Below are positions 37,678 through 48,247 of a stretch of DNA of 64,000 nt, in pieces (the stretch's first letter is position 1; every line of letters begins with the position of its first letter). The DNA is from Minisyncoccia bacterium. GTDB taxonomy: Bacteria; Patescibacteriota; Minisyncoccia; Phycocordibacterales; UBA918. Location: the NCBI GenBank assembly GCA_041742075.1, contig JBGSJJ010000016.1:83128-147127 (forward strand), read 5' to 3'. The notes under the pieces were generated by a model that saw nothing but the letters and a program-made list of their open reading frames with translations, searched no databases and was not told where the DNA came from. Both the position numbers and the translations under genes were made by a program.

Positions 37678-38775
37678 TTATATCATGAACTCAATGACGT
37701 CGCCGTCTTTGACGATGTATTCCTTACCTTCAATTCGAAGCTTTCCTTCATCACGGGCAGCTTTAAGTGAGCCACATTCTACCAAGTCATCAAACGTTAC
37801 TACTTGAGCGCGAATATACTTCTTCTCAAAGTCGGTATGAATAGCTGCTCCCGCTTGTGGTCCAGTTGAGCCGATAGGTACCGTCCAAGCACGAGTTTCT
37901 TTTTCTCCGGTAGTGAAGTACGACATGAGGCCAAGTCGGTTGTAGCAGGCGCGAATAAGTGCGTCTACCCCACTGTCTTGAGCGCCATATTCACGGCGGA
38001 ATTCATTTTTTTCGTCAGGTGAGAGGTCCATGAGCTCGTGTTCTACTCCGGCGTCTACCATCAGGTACTGAGACTCTGTTCGTTCAAAAAATTCAAGCAA
38101 ATCATCCCAGCGCTCATCACCGAGTTCGTCGAAGTTTCGAGCGCCGTGCTTCTTGTTACAAATATACAAGAACGGCTTCATGGTTAAGAGATGGAGACCC
38201 TTAATAAGCTTTTGCTCGTCAGCGGTCATCTCAAGAGAGTTAGCGAGCGCGCCACCTTGGAGGATTGGACTAAGACGTTCAAGCAAGGTCTTTTCAGCGA
38301 CTGCATCCTTGTCCCCTCGCTTGGCGTCTCGTTCGACATTCCCTAGGCGTTTCGTAACTGTTTCCAGGTCTGCCATTACCAGTTCAAGGTTGATTACTTC
38401 AATGTCCGAGAGTGGATCAACAATGCCGGTAACATGGTGAATATCCTCATCTTCAAAAATACGGACTACTTGCGCAATCATGTCGGTCTCACGAATGTTA
38501 GCAAGAAACTTGTTACCAAGTCCTTCTCCCGCTGAAGCTCCTTTAACGAGGCCTGCGATGTCGACAAACTCCACCACAGCTGGAAGGATAGTCTGACTAC
38601 CAGAGATAGCTGAGAGTGTGGCGAGACGTCCGTCCGGTACTGCTACTACTCCGACAGACGGGTCGATAGTTGCAAAAGGGTAATTTGCGATTAACACACT
38701 CTTTTGTGTGAGTGCGGTAAAAAGCGTGGATTTTCCTACGTTGGGCAAACCAACAATTCCAACAGATAATGACAT
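37678..38775 (-). CDS. ychF: Ribosome-binding ATPase YchF (Obg-family GTPase)
   Basis: [15 protein letters not shown]-loop; C-terminal TGS-like end [17 protein letters not shown]. Confidence 0.9.
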   Translation of the reverse strand: MSLSVGIVGLPNVGKSTLFTALTQKSVLIANYPFATIDPSVGVVAVPDGRLATLSAISGSQTILPAVVEFVDIAGLVKGASAGEGLGNKFLANIRETDMIAQVVRIFEDEDIHHVTGIVDPLSDIEVINLELVMADLETVTKRLGNVERDAKRGDKDAVAEKTLLERLSPILQGGALANSLEMTADEQKLIKGLHLLTMKPFLYICNKKHGARNFDELGDERWDDLLEFFERTESQYLMVDAGVEHELMDLSPDEKNEFRREYGAQDSGVDALIRACYNRLGLMSYFTTGEKETRAWTVPIGSTGPQAGAAIHTDFEKKYIRAQVVTFDDLVECGSLKAARDEGKLRIEGKEYIVKDGDVIEFMI

Positions 38776-38939
38776 AGAAGGCTAGACTAGCAGATTCAGA
38801 CTTTTTTTGAAAGTATTGCAATACTAATCTGCAAATTTAGTGTCTGTATTACGACAGCACTGTGTATGAAAATGCTTGTGATTTGTGTGAGTATTTACTA
38901 CTCTTAAGCAAGTGTTACAGAACTATAAGTAATTTATAT

Positions 38940-39455
38940 ATGAAAACTAATATCTACATCACCGCTTTCACTGGATTTGCGTTGATTCTGCTCGCATCAA
39001 TGTTTATCTTGATGCAAGTGTACCAAAGCAGAGTCGACTCAATCTCAGGCGAAACAGAATCAATCGATTCTACCTTTGAAGAGTATGGTGAGTTTGAAGA
39101 ACCAGAGTATGTGGAGTCAGAACAGCTTGACCCGGTAGATGGTGGTGCCGGAGTTGGGTACGATAACCCAGGTATTTCTGAAGAAATGCCAGCTCCAACT
39201 GAACCAGTGGCTTGTACAGAAGAAGCTAAAATCTGTCCAGACGGTACCAGTGTCGGGCGTACGGGTCCCAACTGTGAGTTTACTGCTTGCCCGACATCGC
39301 CTGCTCTAGAACAGCCAGTTCCTGAAGAGGAAATGACGGCTTGTACGATGGACGCTATGATGTGTCCAGATGGATCATATGTTGGGAGAACTGGACCGAA
39401 CTGTCAGTTTGTCTGCCCAACTTTGAACACGCCAACAGATTTGGAATCAAACTAA
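38940..39455 (+). CDS. Secreted or anchored acidic protein with duplicated Cys motif C..CPDG(T/S)xVGRTGPNC(E/Q)F
   Basis: N-terminal hydrophobic segment from internal Met; two repeat copies read in translation. Confidence 0.45.
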   Translation: MKTNIYITAFTGFALILLASMFILMQVYQSRVDSISGETESIDSTFEEYGEFEEPEYVESEQLDPVDGGAGVGYDNPGISEEMPAPTEPVACTEEAKICPDGTSVGRTGPNCEFTACPTSPALEQPVPEEEMTACTMDAMMCPDGSYVGRTGPNCQFVCPTLNTPTDLESN

Positions 39456-39473
39456 GTTAACTACGAAAACAGC

Positions 39474-39501
39474 AAAAGCGGGCTTGAGTGCCCGCTTTTT
39501 G
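39474..39501. terminator. Rho-independent terminator (GCGGGCTTGAGTGCCCGC + T-run), bidirectional position
   Basis: Read directly. Confidence 0.65.
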
Positions 39502-39517
39502 TTATTTGTGTGCCTTG

Positions 39518-39898
39518 TTACTGCCTTGGCTTTAAGGTTTTGATCTGCTTCTTGATTACCTCATCATCCACAATACAGGCGAATTCAGCATAGTCGGTGC
39601 CATACTTTTCTTGGTCACCAGCATAGTAATTGAGTTTAAATACAGTACCTTTTGTAAGCATTCGAACTTGCTTCTTAACTCTTATATTGAGACCAGCTAA
39701 GTACGGAACAATCTCAATTCGTTCCACTTCCGTGAACCTGCTGTCACGACTGACCCAAACTGAAACTGCTTGAAGCACGCGTAGCGGTACTTTTGCACTG
39801 TAGTGAATACAAACGTTGAGTTCTCCAAGTTTTATGATTCGCTCCATACTGATTCCCTTTCCTACTTTTGCTAATTTGGAGGCTAGGTTACAGAACAT
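39518..39898 (-). CDS. Hypothetical protein
   Basis: ORF only. Confidence 0.3.
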   Translation of the reverse strand: MFCNLASKLAKVGKGISMERIIKLGELNVCIHYSAKVPLRVLQAVSVWVSRDSRFTEVERIEIVPYLAGLNIRVKKQVRMLTKGTVFKLNYYAGDQEKYGTDYAEFACIVDDEVIKKQIKTLKPRQ

Positions 39899-40241
39899 TC
39901 CTATCGTGTGACACTACGCCAGCCTTGTTTCTTGAAGTAGTTGTATGAAATGTTTCATTCGTTACGGGATTGCAACGGAATGTTACGATTTTGTACTCAA
40001 TAATATGAACATCGATACGTTGTTTTGCATCGATAATTCTTTTTATACCAGAAACATAGTTAAAAGAATGAAGAAGGGCTCTTTTAGCTGTTTCAGCGCA
40101 CACCCGCAGATTATGTTCGACCATGTAATTTACCTGGGCACGACTGGTGTGACGCACGAGCAAATGGACCTCAAACAATCTCCCGCCTTTGTAGACAACT
40201 AACGCACTTGATTTTGGCATGCCAAACCCCTGTATTGTCAT
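39888..40241 (-). CDS. Hypothetical protein
   Basis: ORF only. Confidence 0.25.
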   Translation of the reverse strand: MTIQGFGMPKSSALVVYKGGRLFEVHLLVRHTSRAQVNYMVEHNLRVCAETAKRALLHSFNYVSGIKRIIDAKQRIDVHIIEYKIVTFRCNPVTNETFHTTTSRNKAGVVSHDRNVL

Positions 40242-40322
40242 TTGAACAGACTCTATGAAAAATATACCAGCACTTGACTTATTTTGCTAGTGTGGCTGTA
40301 AGTAGAATTGGTTAGGCTCAGC

Positions 40323-40946
40323 CTAGTTTTGAGCTTCTGCTTGCATCATGGCCTCCAACGCTTCAGGATTGAAGCCCTCCCCACTCATCATCATTTCCAA
40401 GTCCATAAACACGATGTCGCTTGGTGGAACAAAAACAGAATCATCCACAGTCCACGGAGTACAGTCGTATTCAACCTCTTGGTTGTAGTCAAAAGAAGCC
40501 GGGTTGTTTTCAGGCTCTACTGTTTCAGCTTCGGTTGTTGGCTCGAGGTGCTTGGTTTTGATAGCAAAGGTACCTTCGGTTGACTGACCCCAGGAGTAAT
40601 TGTTGGTTCCGTCGTCAATCGTATTAAATGTCATTTCTTCATTGTTTTGAATCATGGTTGTTTTTACACTCACTCTACCGCCAGCTGTATAGATTACGCC
40701 ATTAGTTGGAATAGAGTCACCACCAATGGCGTCTGTGCTATAGGTACACTTCATCGTCTCGGTTTTAGTAAAGAGTGACATAAAGGTACTTACCCCCTGC
40801 TCAACTTTAGTTTCTTGAATTTCTGCACTTGTGTCCTCTCCTTCACTTTCAACACTAGGAGCTTCAGCCTTATTAAAAATGAAAAAATAGGTAACGGCGA
40901 TTACCACTAACGCACCAATCCCCCCGATGACAATATTTTTGTTCAT
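40323..40946 (-). CDS. Membrane-anchored secreted hypothetical protein
   Basis: N-terminal TM/signal anchor. Confidence 0.35.
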   Translation of the reverse strand: MNKNIVIGGIGALVVIAVTYFFIFNKAEAPSVESEGEDTSAEIQETKVEQGVSTFMSLFTKTETMKCTYSTDAIGGDSIPTNGVIYTAGGRVSVKTTMIQNNEEMTFNTIDDGTNNYSWGQSTEGTFAIKTKHLEPTTEAETVEPENNPASFDYNQEVEYDCTPWTVDDSVFVPPSDIVFMDLEMMMSGEGFNPEALEAMMQAEAQN

Positions 40947-40984
40947 ACGCTCATGTTACTTCCAGTAATACTAAAAGTATACCA

Positions 40985-41386
40985 CTACCAATTTAAGTAC
41001 GTGATAGTGAGTTGCAAAATTGAGGCAAACAGCACCCAAAGGAAGTACGGGATGTTGATAAGCGCCACCCACTTGTAGTGAGGATAAATAACCATGAGTG
41101 CCCAGGCGAGTGTAAAGAGCACAAGAAGAATATCAAGCGACGCTAGCTCGTTACTCTTTAGGCTAAACTGCAGTGGCGTAAAGAGTCCATTAAAGACGAG
41201 GTTCAAAAAGAACGGGAGGCCGATAAGGAAAGACAGCTCTCCTTTAAGGATTTTATAGAAAACATACCCGAACGATACAAATATAACCGTGTAGAGCACA
41301 GTCCATACTGGACCAAACAGCCAAGCTGGCGGAGCCCAACTTGGCTTTATAAGAGTGGCGTACCAACTTACTTCAGAATTCATCAA
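40985..41386 (-). CDS. tspO: TspO/MBR family tryptophan-rich sensory protein
   Basis: WYATLIKPSWAPPAWLFGPVWTVLY signature. Confidence 0.8.
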   Translation of the reverse strand: MMNSEVSWYATLIKPSWAPPAWLFGPVWTVLYTVIFVSFGYVFYKILKGELSFLIGLPFFLNLVFNGLFTPLQFSLKSNELASLDILLVLFTLAWALMVIYPHYKWVALINIPYFLWVLFASILQLTITYLNW

Positions 41387-41398
41387 TTAATAGTACTC

Positions 41399-41977
41399 CT
41401 ATGAACCTTTTTTACCTAGGGCTTCAACTTGTTTAAGCCATTTAGCGCGATGCTCGTCAGAAATGCGTTCACAAGGACCAAAGGCTGACACCGCGACGTC
41501 TATACCGGCAAAGCCGAGGATACCGTGCTGGATTTCGTTGGTGTAGTCACCAAACATCCACCAGGTTTTAAACGGACTATGTGAACCAGCAATAATAATC
41601 ACCCGACCAGTCTTCCCTTTAAGACGTTGAATGAGTTTCTTTGTAGTTTTGTCAAAGTTAAAAGCAAAACCTGGAATCCAGATTCTATCAAACAGGCCTT
41701 TGAGGATAGCTGGCATCGTACACCACCAGTTTGGATACACAACCACAATGTGGTCAGCCCAACGAAACGACTCTTGAAGCTGGAGAAGGTCTGGTTCAAG
41801 TTGCTGAATTTCCTTGTACCCTTTGTGCAGAATTGGGTCAAAGTTAATCTCCCCAATGTTTACGCGGATTACTTCGTGACCAGCTTCTTGTGCACCAGCT
41901 TGATAATGATCCGCCATCGCTCCCGTAAAAGTATCTTTATCGGAGTGACCGAGCAGAATAAGAATTTTCTTTTGCAT
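41399..41977 (-). CDS. Flavodoxin-like NAD(P)H-dependent oxidoreductase (Flavodoxin_2/MdaB/KefG-like)
   Basis: ILILLGHSDKDTFTGAMA N-terminus and VVYPNWWCTMPAILKG pattern. Confidence 0.6.
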   Translation of the reverse strand: MQKKILILLGHSDKDTFTGAMADHYQAGAQEAGHEVIRVNIGEINFDPILHKGYKEIQQLEPDLLQLQESFRWADHIVVVYPNWWCTMPAILKGLFDRIWIPGFAFNFDKTTKKLIQRLKGKTGRVIIIAGSHSPFKTWWMFGDYTNEIQHGILGFAGIDVAVSAFGPCERISDEHRAKWLKQVEALGKKGS

Positions 41978-42052
41978 ACTACAGAAAAGTATAACAGAGT
42001 CAGCGCACTTATAAGTGCGCTGACTGTGGGTTAGTTTTGGGACAAAACTTGC

Positions 42053-42424
42053 TTAGCGTCTGATGGTTCCGTTTGGATTGAACTGTCCTTGTGTACCCAT
42101 TTGCGCTTTCATGAGTTTTTCCTTCATCTCAGGCGACATGATGGCCATAATTTCTTTTTGGTACTTCGGGAGCACTTTCATGGCAGCGTTCATTTGGTTG
42201 CCACCTTTCTTCATCTCTTCTTGTAGCTCCTTAGCAATCTTTTCAAACAGAACCGGGTCTTTTTCGACCATAGTCATAATCATTTCTCGCTGATCAGCTG
42301 GCACGTCTTTAAGTTGCTTTTCAAGCAACTTCTTCATCGCAAAATTCTTTATTTTTCCAAACATAGTGGTGCTATTGTAGCAAGTCACGCCTATCCGTAA
42401 AGGTACAAGTCGAGTGATTGACAT
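42053..42424 (-). CDS. Met-rich small hypothetical protein
   Basis: ORF; likely starts at an internal Met. Confidence 0.25.
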   Translation of the reverse strand: MSITRLVPLRIGVTCYNSTTMFGKIKNFAMKKLLEKQLKDVPADQREMIMTMVEKDPVLFEKIAKELQEEMKKGGNQMNAAMKVLPKYQKEIMAIMSPEMKEKLMKAQMGTQGQFNPNGTIRR

Positions 42425-42469
42425 TTACCAATAAATGTATTAGAATCCGAGCAAACTTATATTTATATT

Positions 42470-44005
42470 ATGATACAGAAACTATATACATGGTACGGGA
42501 AGCGAGTGGTTAATGGCGTAGCAGCAGTTGTAGTATTGCTCGTTATTGCTGGAATTGCAGTGAATACGCTTAGAAGTGAGCCAGAATCAGTCGATGCTGA
42601 TCAGCCTCTTTCAGTCAAAACTGCCCCAATAGCTACACTTGGCGAAGGAAGTGCACGAACGTACGTGGGTACCGTAAGTGCGGTAAATGAAGCCAGTCTT
42701 AACAGCGAAGTGGGTGGTCGAGTTGTGTCTGTACCAGTATCTATTGGTGACCGAGTGTCAGCTGGTGGAGTTATTGCCCAACTAGATAACGCGTCAGAAC
42801 GTGCTCAGGTAACTCAAGCCCAAGGTGCATATGAGGCAGCTCAGGCTGGAGCACAGCAAAGCGATAGTGGTATACGAGATGCTGAAACGGCTCTCGTAAG
42901 TGCTAAAAATAACGCGCTCACTACGGTAAAAGCTTCTTATACTACAGCTAACAGTGCGCTTATCAATTCTGTAAACAAATTCTACGGTTCTCCTCAGAGT
43001 ATGATTCCTGGAGTCCGTGTGAGTGGTGGCAACACCTCATTCCTTAATGAAGAGCGAGTGGCTTTTCAGACTATCATCCCGGCTTGGCAGACAGAAGTTG
43101 ATTCAGCTCAAGTCACAAGCAACCTTCCACAACTTCTGAGTGATGCTGAGACGAAAACATTGCGCATGCTCACACTGGTTGATGCTTTTATTGAAATTAC
43201 CAGTACCGCCGGTGGAAACGAAGTATTTCAAGGTCAGCCACTCTCTTCATATAGTGCTGGGTTACTTAACGAGCGTACAAGCCTTAATCAGTCCGTACAA
43301 AACATTCGTTCAGCTAAGTCAGCTCTTATTTCAGCCGAAGAAGGTATTGTGCGCGCAAACATTGGTGGAACAAACGCCGATGTCTCACTGGCAAACGCAC
43401 AAGTAAAGCAAGCTCTTGGTTCTCTTCAGTCTGCGCAAGCCCAACTCGCTAAGACAATTATCCGCAGTCCGATAGCTGGTACAGTAAATGCCCTTCAAGT
43501 AAAAGTCGGCGATTTCATCGGTGGCGGTGCACCAGTAGCTGAAGTAGTGAATGCCAGTGCCTATGAACTATCTATTTATGTTAACGAAATTGAGCGAGAA
43601 ACGATTGCAATTGGAGACATTGTAAAAATTAATAGTGCCCTAGATGGTGTCGTGACAAACATCGCTCCAGCGCTTGACGCCCGAACACAAAAAGTTGAGG
43701 TGAAGATTGCAATTGAAAGCACTGAAATTCTTTCGGGAGCAACCGCTATCGTTTCCCTTGCTACGTCAACCACACCTACCACTAATAATGAATTAACAGT
43801 ACCGCTTACAGCCGTGGCCTTCTCAATTGAGAACGGTGCCGTACTCGTAGTACGTGATGGTCTTGTTCAAGCACTCCCTGTAACACTTGGTGAAATCCGC
43901 GGTTCACAGATTGCTATCTCTGGTGACGTTTCTGAAACGACTGAAATCATTGTTGACGCTCGCGGTTTGGTAGTAGGACAAAAGGTTAGTACTGAACAAA
44001 ACTAG
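42470..44005 (+). CDS. Efflux periplasmic adaptor (HlyD/membrane fusion protein family)
   Basis: N-terminal TM, coiled-coil, IRSPIAGTV...VKVGDFI lipoyl-like motif. Confidence 0.75.
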   Translation: MIQKLYTWYGKRVVNGVAAVVVLLVIAGIAVNTLRSEPESVDADQPLSVKTAPIATLGEGSARTYVGTVSAVNEASLNSEVGGRVVSVPVSIGDRVSAGGVIAQLDNASERAQVTQAQGAYEAAQAGAQQSDSGIRDAETALVSAKNNALTTVKASYTTANSALINSVNKFYGSPQSMIPGVRVSGGNTSFLNEERVAFQTIIPAWQTEVDSAQVTSNLPQLLSDAETKTLRMLTLVDAFIEITSTAGGNEVFQGQPLSSYSAGLLNERTSLNQSVQNIRSAKSALISAEEGIVRANIGGTNADVSLANAQVKQALGSLQSAQAQLAKTIIRSPIAGTVNALQVKVGDFIGGGAPVAEVVNASAYELSIYVNEIERETIAIGDIVKINSALDGVVTNIAPALDARTQKVEVKIAIESTEILSGATAIVSLATSTTPTTNNELTVPLTAVAFSIENGAVLVVRDGLVQALPVTLGEIRGSQIAISGDVSETTEIIVDARGLVVGQKVSTEQN

Positions 44006-44007
44006 GT

Positions 44008-47000
44008 ATGTGGGAATTCTTCATAAATAAAAGTAAGTTTACTTACTTAGTAGTATTTGCACTGGTTTGTTTTGGACTCTACTCAGTTTTTCTTATTCCT
44101 CGTGAATCCTCACCGGAAGTACAGATACCGATTGGTATTGTCACGACCGTTCTCCCAGGTGCACCGGCAGCAGATGTTGAGTCACTTGTCACCAATGAGA
44201 TTGAACGTGGCTTGTTAGGCGCGCTTGATGATGTTAAAGAAATCACCTCTAGTTCTCGTGAAGGGGTGTCAGTTATAACAGTAGAATTTGATGCACGGGC
44301 TGACATCGACGAATCAATTGATGAATTAAAGGACGCCATCGATACACTTAAGGGTGAATTGCCTGGAGAGGCGGAAGATCCTTTTGTGTCAGAAGTAAAC
44401 TTTGTAGACCAACCAATTCTAACTTTTGCGGTATCAGGTGATGCTTCTCCAAGAGAGTTTCTTGAGCTGGCAGAACGTCTTGAAGATGAGATAGAAGGAA
44501 TTTCGGGTATTTCTCGTGTTGAATACAGTGGTGTTGGCGAACGAGCGGTCAGCGTGGTGGTTGAACAGTCAGCCCTCGTGCAATACGGTGTATCCTTACA
44601 GCAAATTACTTCAGCACTCCGCAGTGCAAACACCGCCTTTCCAATTGGGCAAATTGAAAACAACGGTATTCTTTACAACATTACCTTTGATGGTAAGCCA
44701 ACTGACTTGAATGACATAGAAAACGTTTCAGTTGCTGTTAATAACGGTCAACCAGTATACGTTCGTGACGTCGCTACAGTAAAAGACACAGTTTCTGAAT
44801 CACCTGCTTTTTCTCGACTCAGTGTTGATGGTAAGCCTTCAAGTAATGCAATCTCGTTTAGTGTCTACAAGCAACGTGGCGGTGACATCACTCGTCTCAC
44901 GAGTGATGTGCAAGAGCGTCTCGCTGAACTAGGTACAGGTGGGGGTGTGCTTTCTGAATTTACTATTGTGCCTATTCTGGATTCAGGAGCCGATATCAAG
45001 AAAGACTTGGTTAATCTCTCATCATCAGGACTCCAGACAGTTATCTTAGTTGTGCTCGTACTCATCATTGCAATCGGCTGGCGAGAAGCGTTTGTAGCAG
45101 GTCTTACCGTGCCACTTTCCTTCCTTATCGGGTTTATCGGACTCTACCTGTCTGGAAATACCATAAACTTCCTCAGCCTGTTTGCTCTCATTTTAGGAAT
45201 CGGAATTTTGGTTGACTCAGGGATTGTGATGGTTGAAGGTATCAATCGACGCATGAAGGAGAACCCAAACATTAACAAGCAGGAAGCCGCTCGCCTCGCG
45301 GTTCGTGAGTTTGCTAGCCCGCTTACTTCTGGTACCTTAACGACGGTAGCAATGTTTGCTGGTCTTTTTATCGTCACTGGAGTTATTGGTGAGTTCATTA
45401 AGAGTATTCCTTTCACGCTTATTTTTATTCTATTTGCTTCTCTCTTTGTTGCATTGGCTGTTGTACCTGTAGTTGCTTCAGTAGTACTTCGCCGACGGAG
45501 TGCTACCAATTTTGAAAAGAAACAAATTGAATACACACATCGTCTTGAAAGTTGGTATCGAGCTAAACTGTCCTATGTAATAGGTCATGCTCGCCGTGAA
45601 AAAATCTTCCTGTGGTCAATTCGCGCCCTACTTATTGTGGCACTTGCTTTGCCTTTTGCTGGGTTAGTGAAAGTAGTTTTCTTTGAACAAGGTGACATTG
45701 ATTATGTATTTGTCGACATTGAACTTCCACAAGGTAGTACTAAAGAAATAACTGACTTGTCGGTTCGCCGAGTAGAAGAAGTACTTTACAAGAATAGTGA
45801 CATTGAATCATTTCAAGTTACTGTTGGTGGAGGTAATCAGTTTGTTGAGGGTTCAGGTTCAGGTGAAAGCCTTGCCAGCTTCTTCATTCTCCTTAAAGAT
45901 GAGCGTGAAAACACCAGTTCTGAAATAATTACGAATCTGCGAGTTGCACTTCAGCCGGTTAATGACGTAAAGGTTGTTGTGAGTCAGCCGAACGAGGGAC
46001 CGCCAACTGGTGCTGCTATTGGCGTGACGTTTGTTGGTGATGACCTCGATGAACTGGTAGCACTTGCAAACGAAGCAGCGATTGTGCTCAGTGAACTACC
46101 AGAAACAACAAACATTCGAACTAGTATTGATGCCGGAAGTGAGTTCGTCGTGGTACTTGATACTGCCAAGGCTGCTTCTTTTGGACTTGATGCACAAACC
46201 GTCTCTGGTGTACTTAGAAGTGCAGTCTTTGGTACCGAAGCAACGACATTAAATGACCTAAATGCTGAAGTACCTGTAGACGTTAAGTTGAACATAGGTA
46301 ATACCCTTAATGTTTCTAGTGAATCTACCAATGTAGTTTCTATCGATGCACTACGTGCCCTAGTATTACCAACTCAAGACGGTAGTACTATTCCCCTCTC
46401 AGCAATTGCTGAAGTACGCTTACAAGAATCACGTACCGTAATCAATCACGAAGACGGTTCACGAGTGGTAAGTGTCCAAGGTGACATTACTCCACTGGGT
46501 AACGCTCGTGGGATTCAAACTGCTTATAATGGTGAACTGACTGAGAAGCTTGAGGTACCAGCATCGGTGACCATGCTTCCTGGAGGAGAAACCGGTGAGT
46601 CTGACCAGGCGTTCGTAGAACTCTTCGTCGCTTTGGCTGTCGGTATTACTTTGATGGTAGCAGTGCTTGTGTTTGAGTTCAACTCATTTAGGCACATGCG
46701 TTACGTCATCTCTATCCTTCCGTACTCTCTCATTGGTATCATGTTTGGGTTGGCGATTACACAAAACGCCCTTTCCTTCCCTTCTATCATGGGCTTCATT
46801 GCGCTCTCGGGTATTGTAGTAAACAACTCAATTCTTCTCATCGATATGATGAACTATGACCGAAAGCAAAACCCAGGAAAAGCAGTCCGAGACGTTGTGA
46901 TCGATTCATCGGTTGGCCGTCTTCGCCCAATCTTACTTACAACCGTAACTACCGTGATTGGTATGGTGCCACTCACCTACTCTGGTGACCTCTGGGCACC

Positions 47001-47100
47001 ACTTGCCTACGCAGTAATGTTTGGACTTATTTTCTCTGTGATTATTACTCTGGTACTTGTACCGATTACCTACAACCGCAAGCCTGGCGAACTTGGCTAA
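44008..47100 (+). CDS. RND efflux permease (AcrB/AcrD/AcrF family)
   Basis: 1030 aa; N-terminus MWEFFINKSKFTYLVV...ESSPEVQIPIGIVTT characteristic of AcrB-type. Confidence 0.85.
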   Translation: MWEFFINKSKFTYLVVFALVCFGLYSVFLIPRESSPEVQIPIGIVTTVLPGAPAADVESLVTNEIERGLLGALDDVKEITSSSREGVSVITVEFDARADIDESIDELKDAIDTLKGELPGEAEDPFVSEVNFVDQPILTFAVSGDASPREFLELAERLEDEIEGISGISRVEYSGVGERAVSVVVEQSALVQYGVSLQQITSALRSANTAFPIGQIENNGILYNITFDGKPTDLNDIENVSVAVNNGQPVYVRDVATVKDTVSESPAFSRLSVDGKPSSNAISFSVYKQRGGDITRLTSDVQERLAELGTGGGVLSEFTIVPILDSGADIKKDLVNLSSSGLQTVILVVLVLIIAIGWREAFVAGLTVPLSFLIGFIGLYLSGNTINFLSLFALILGIGILVDSGIVMVEGINRRMKENPNINKQEAARLAVREFASPLTSGTLTTVAMFAGLFIVTGVIGEFIKSIPFTLIFILFASLFVALAVVPVVASVVLRRRSATNFEKKQIEYTHRLESWYRAKLSYVIGHARREKIFLWSIRALLIVALALPFAGLVKVVFFEQGDIDYVFVDIELPQGSTKEITDLSVRRVEEVLYKNSDIESFQVTVGGGNQFVEGSGSGESLASFFILLKDERENTSSEIITNLRVALQPVNDVKVVVSQPNEGPPTGAAIGVTFVGDDLDELVALANEAAIVLSELPETTNIRTSIDAGSEFVVVLDTAKAASFGLDAQTVSGVLRSAVFGTEATTLNDLNAEVPVDVKLNIGNTLNVSSESTNVVSIDALRALVLPTQDGSTIPLSAIAEVRLQESRTVINHEDGSRVVSVQGDITPLGNARGIQTAYNGELTEKLEVPASVTMLPGGETGESDQAFVELFVALAVGITLMVAVLVFEFNSFRHMRYVISILPYSLIGIMFGLAITQNALSFPSIMGFIALSGIVVNNSILLIDMMNYDRKQNPGKAVRDVVIDSSVGRLRPILLTTVTTVIGMVPLTYSGDLWAPLAYAVMFGLIFSVIITLVLVPITYNRKPGELG

Positions 47101-47128
47101 GTTAGGCATTTCGTCATATAATTAAGTT

Positions 47129-47677
47129 ATGAAAAAAATTATACTAGGACTAGTGTTAGCATTAGTGCTTATACCATCTGTGTCTTTAGCTCAGTCAAAT
47201 GTTGACGCAAATCAACGTGCAGTTATGATGCAACTAATTGCTTCACTATTAAAACAAGTTGAAGTATTGCAAGCTCGTTTAATTGAGATTCAAAGTGTTG
47301 AGAAGTCATCAAACTTAACTCCATACCAAAAAGCAGTTAAACCACTTGTCGATGAACTGACAAAAAATCGTGATAAGCAAGAAGAACTTCAAGATAAGTT
47401 CGATGAAATGTATGAAGATGAGTCTGAAGAGATCGAAGAGTGGGAAGATGTATTTGATAATGATTGCGAAGGTACCTCAACTAAAAGTGTTGTAGTCAGA
47501 CATATGAAAGTACAGTGCTCATCTATCGGTTCAAAAATCATTAAGTTAGAGGCAATAATTAGTGACATAGAAGACGATAATAAAGACATTGTTGAGGATA
47601 TTGAAGAACTTGAAGAAGGGGAGGAAGAACTTGAAGAAAAAATTGACCTACTTAAAACTAGATACGGCATCTCATAG
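47129..47677 (+). CDS. Secreted acidic coiled-coil protein
   Basis: Signal peptide; E/D-rich. Confidence 0.4.
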   Translation: MKKIILGLVLALVLIPSVSLAQSNVDANQRAVMMQLIASLLKQVEVLQARLIEIQSVEKSSNLTPYQKAVKPLVDELTKNRDKQEELQDKFDEMYEDESEEIEEWEDVFDNDCEGTSTKSVVVRHMKVQCSSIGSKIIKLEAIISDIEDDNKDIVEDIEELEEGEEELEEKIDLLKTRYGIS

Positions 47678-47679
47678 AC

Positions 47680-47713
47680 AAAAAAACACCTCGCATAGCG
47701 AGGTGTTTTTTTG
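47680..47713. terminator. Rho-independent terminator (ACACCTCGCATAGCGAGGTGT + T7)
   Basis: Read directly. Confidence 0.7.
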
Positions 47714-47722
47714 CATGTATAC

Positions 47723-48244
47723 TTACGCAACCTTCTCTTCCTTCATACTTTTAAAAACCGCCATCAAGCCGTTCACGAGTGAGATAGCCAGGAAGATTGC
47801 GGTCATGTAGCCGAGAAGAAACTGAAGCAAGGTAAAGCTAGATAGCCCAAGGGAAAAAATAGTCATCAGTACCCCAAGCGTGTACCAGGAAGTGGCTTGC
47901 AGTGCCGGTCCGACCGTACTTGGCATAATCTGCTTGGTCATAAGGACGGCGTTCAAAAATATCACTGACAAAACAATCCAGAACGCTACAATGTGCGAAG
48001 TAAAGTACACATCGCCTGCCATACCATAGGCCTTAAGACCGAGTGTGAGTGAAGTGATAAAGATAGTGGCCATCGCTACCCGAAGCACACCATAGGTGAC
48101 TCCCATTATTCTTCGTTCCGTCGGCTCAATCGTACCGTCGTGTATGGCCACAAAAAAATTAACTATCGCAATCGTAGAACCACCTACCCCCAGTGAGACA
48201 GACATGGTCTGGATTATGGCTACTAAAATCAATATCCATTCCAT
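47723..48244 (-). CDS. Integral membrane protein, paralog of the next gene
   Basis: Shared motifs IGLGVG.STIAI.NF.VAI.DGTI...E.RKIMGVTY..LRVAM. Confidence 0.45.
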   Translation of the reverse strand: MEWILILVAIIQTMSVSLGVGGSTIAIVNFFVAIHDGTIEPTERRIMGVTYGVLRVAMATIFITSLTLGLKAYGMAGDVYFTSHIVAFWIVLSVIFLNAVLMTKQIMPSTVGPALQATSWYTLGVLMTIFSLGLSSFTLLQFLLGYMTAIFLAISLVNGLMAVFKSMKEEKVA

Positions 48245-48247
48245 AGC

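Noticed and set aside
44079-45536. Minus-strand ORFs inside the RND permease gene
   Set aside because: Antisense to a 1030-aa AcrB-family gene; Ser/Arg-rich low-complexity translations
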